From Styela clava (lineage: Eukaryota), in the NCBI RefSeq assembly GCF_964204865.1, contig NC_135255.1, positions 992,001 to 1,056,000 on the forward strand: a stretch of 64,000 nucleotides of DNA, given 5' to 3'. Below, piece by piece: positions 61,287-64,000 of the stretch. The notes under the pieces are model-generated. The model was given only the letters and a program-made list of their open reading frames with translations. It was not told the DNA's origin and did not search any database. How positions within the stretch are numbered: the first letter of the stretch is position 1; the number at the start of each line of letters is the position of its first letter. A program made the position numbers and the translations under genes.

Positions 61287-62649
61287 ATTAAACTGAATAT
61301 CTCATATGACATATATATTCATTGAAATTTCCCGATTTGATAAAAATATATGGTCACAACACACAACACAGATACTTACGGAAACAAATCAAACCAGAAA
61401 CTATCAAAAAACTATTCAACTAATTTTTCTCACGGTTCCTATCTAATTTATTTCTCGATAGCTTCGTTTTGAGACGCGCAACTTTCGCAGTCACTAGCGT
61501 GTGACGGGAGCGGGAATTCTCCATTTGACGATGACAACTCGCTTATTTTCAAAGTGACTATAAACCAGTTTATAGTCGCTTTGCTTATTTTATAATTTGG
61601 CAGACAATTAAAAAAAAGATGAATAGGCGAGCAGAGCATTTTAGGTATTTCATGTTAAATGAATAGATAATATATATACATCAAAATAAAACGCAACCAC
61701 GAAAGATAAAAGTGATAACAAAATAATAAATACACCTGATTGTTGTTTACCATAACGAGGGAGGTCGTGACCCACAACAACAACAGAGAGTGAACTAATA
61801 TGAACCTGGTATCGATCCCGAAATTATGTACATTATCACTTTAGCTTTGTACCATCCAGTTAATTTATACCCACAATGCATCAAATATACATTTAAGAAT
61901 CGACACATTTCCAAGTAATTTTGCTTTCGATGAGCAATAGTTAATATAACAACAACCCAAAAAGGTAATAAAAAAACATTTGACCATTCTGAACTTTTTT
62001 GTTTGATATCATGTGGTCTATTGGTGCTTTCGAGGCCTATTTTCGATATCTAAATGCTAACTTGAAATCTCTCCTTAGGTTCTAATGTGAGTATTACGAC
62101 TAAATATTTAACATATATATATAACTCTATTACGGTAGTTAAACGGACCTGCCATAATTGCAGTACTTAAGCGGACGTCGTTCCTGTGGGCGTATCATTG
62201 TTTTTAAATACGTACTTGGAGAGCGCGAGAGCCGTTGACAACTACGGAGAAAAAGAGTCAACACAATCCTCTCGATAACAGATATAAAATTTTTGTCCGC
62301 TTAATTCGTCCACTTAATTCAGACCACCAAATGTTTTAGCCTATTTCGGCACTAAGCCGGACCCCTCTTATATGTCGCCCTGGATGTCTACATAAATGAT
62401 GTTGCTTTTATTTTAATACGCATTTTAAAGCGTATGACCTCGCTTTAGTTTCCGATGGATTTGAACCATTTAGCAATATTTATCACAAAAAATAGCATTT
62501 TTTTTCAATGCTCAGTCTTTTGTGCAAGGGAGATGCACTGTGTTTGGTGTAGGAAATAATCTCCCATGTCAAAAAATACTCAAAATGCAACGTGAAGATA
62601 GACAAATCGAAACAAATTGATCCAAACGTGTTATATATTTGAAACTGAG

Positions 62650-64000
62650 AAATACATAGAGCATATCACAAATGTTCGCCTATTCCAACCCTATGGTTCA
62701 ACATATGAATTAAACATATGCTATGTTGTGAGTGCCAAGATATCAATACCAAGTCAAAATTATGGCATTCCAATAATATTGATAAACATTGCGCAAAATA
62801 TATCTCAAAAACCCGCATATCTATATGGCTAGTTATTAAGCGTGACATATAATTGAAAAACAAAATTTCGAAATGCCATACATATTGAGAAACAATACAC
62901 AAAATATATTTCAAAGTATCACCAATTTGATTGCTAAAGTGTAAAATATTATTTTGAAAAGGAAGTGTGGTATATAATAGTAAAATAAAATATGAAAGTG
63001 CTAATAATATTGAGAAACAATAAAAGAAAATTATATATACGCAGAAGGAAACCGCAGAATGAAATTCGGAAATGCCAATAATATTGAAAAAATATCACAT
63101 AAACTTTATCTCAAATGTCCACCTATCCGGCCTTTTAAGTTATACAAATAATTGTAAATGGGAATTCTGGTATGTCATTATTGAAGACAAAAATCACACA
63201 AATTGGATTTCAAATGTTCATCTATTCGGTCACTCAAATGTGGCACGTAATTAAAAAATGTACACCAGCCCTATTGAGAAACATTACACAAAATATATCT
63301 TAAATGTCCACTTATCCGACCACCTAAGGGTGGCATACAACAATTGAAAGAAAATTTTTAAACCATATTGAGAAACATTACATGAAATATATCTCAAATG
63401 TCCACCTATCCGGCCTTTTAAGTTATACAAATAATTGTAAATGGGAATTCTGGTATGTCATTATTGAAGACAAAAATCACACAAATTGGATTTCAAATGT
63501 TCATCTATTCGGTCACTCAAATGTGGCACGTAATTAAAAAATGTACACCAGCCCTATTGAGAAACATTACACAAAATATATCTTAAATGTCCACTTATCC
63601 GACCACCTAAGGGTGGCATACAACAATTGAAAGAAAATTTTTAAACCATATTGAGAAACATTACATGAAATATATCTCAAATGTCCACCAATCCGGCCAC
63701 CTAAGTGTGGCATACAAGAATTGAAAAAAAAATTCTGAAATCATATTGAGAAACATTACATAAAGTATATCTCAAATGTTCACCTATTCGGCCACCTAAG
63801 TGTGGCATACAAGAATTGAAATAAAAATTCTGAAATCATATTGAGAAACTTTACACAAAGTATATCTCAAATGTCCACCTATCCGGCCACCTAAGTGTGG
63901 CATACAAGAATTGAAATAAAAATTCTGAAATCATATTGAGAAACATTAAACAAAGTATATCTCAAATGTCCACCTATCCGTCCACCTAAGTGTGGCATAA
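62650..64000. repeat. 95-bp satellite with a 283-bp (3-mer) higher-order repeat; runs off the right edge of the window
   Basis: aaatgtccacctatccggccacctaagtgtggcatac... units at 63679, 63774, 63869 and 63964. Near-identical 283-bp blocks at 63113 and 63396. Divergent monomers extend back to ~62650. Confidence 0.92.

Overview
AT-rich eukaryotic (animal) genomic DNA with GT-AG introns. The style resembles a marine invertebrate such as an ascidian, but the species cannot be fixed from sequence alone. Host genes: (1) a 25-coding-exon ASAP1/2-type ArfGAP (BAR-PH-ArfGAP-ANK-Pro-rich-SH3, about 996 aa) on the minus strand, 27553-50617; (2) an intronless aldo-keto reductase (21900-22862, minus) bracketed by a pair of long direct repeats; (3) an unrecognised 4-exon, 239-aa Lys/Glu-rich single-pass membrane protein gene on the plus strand that fills one ASAP intron and probably overlaps ASAP exons in antisense. 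The rest is repeat-rich. Satellites occupy both ends (a degenerate 10/20-bp GACAAG satellite and a 95-bp satellite with a 283-bp higher-order unit). Retroelements include a near full-length LTR retrotransposon with non-canonical CG...CG LTR ends, a tRNA-Leu PBS and an IADD reverse-transcriptase motif (Troyka-like), two degraded Gypsy relatives (one with a solo LTR inserted into its own LTR), a Penelope-like fragment with a hammerhead ribozyme, and tRNA-derived SINEs. DNA elements include two copies of a ZMYM1-like hAT transposon and many hAT MITEs with intact 8-bp TSDs, often nested several layers deep.
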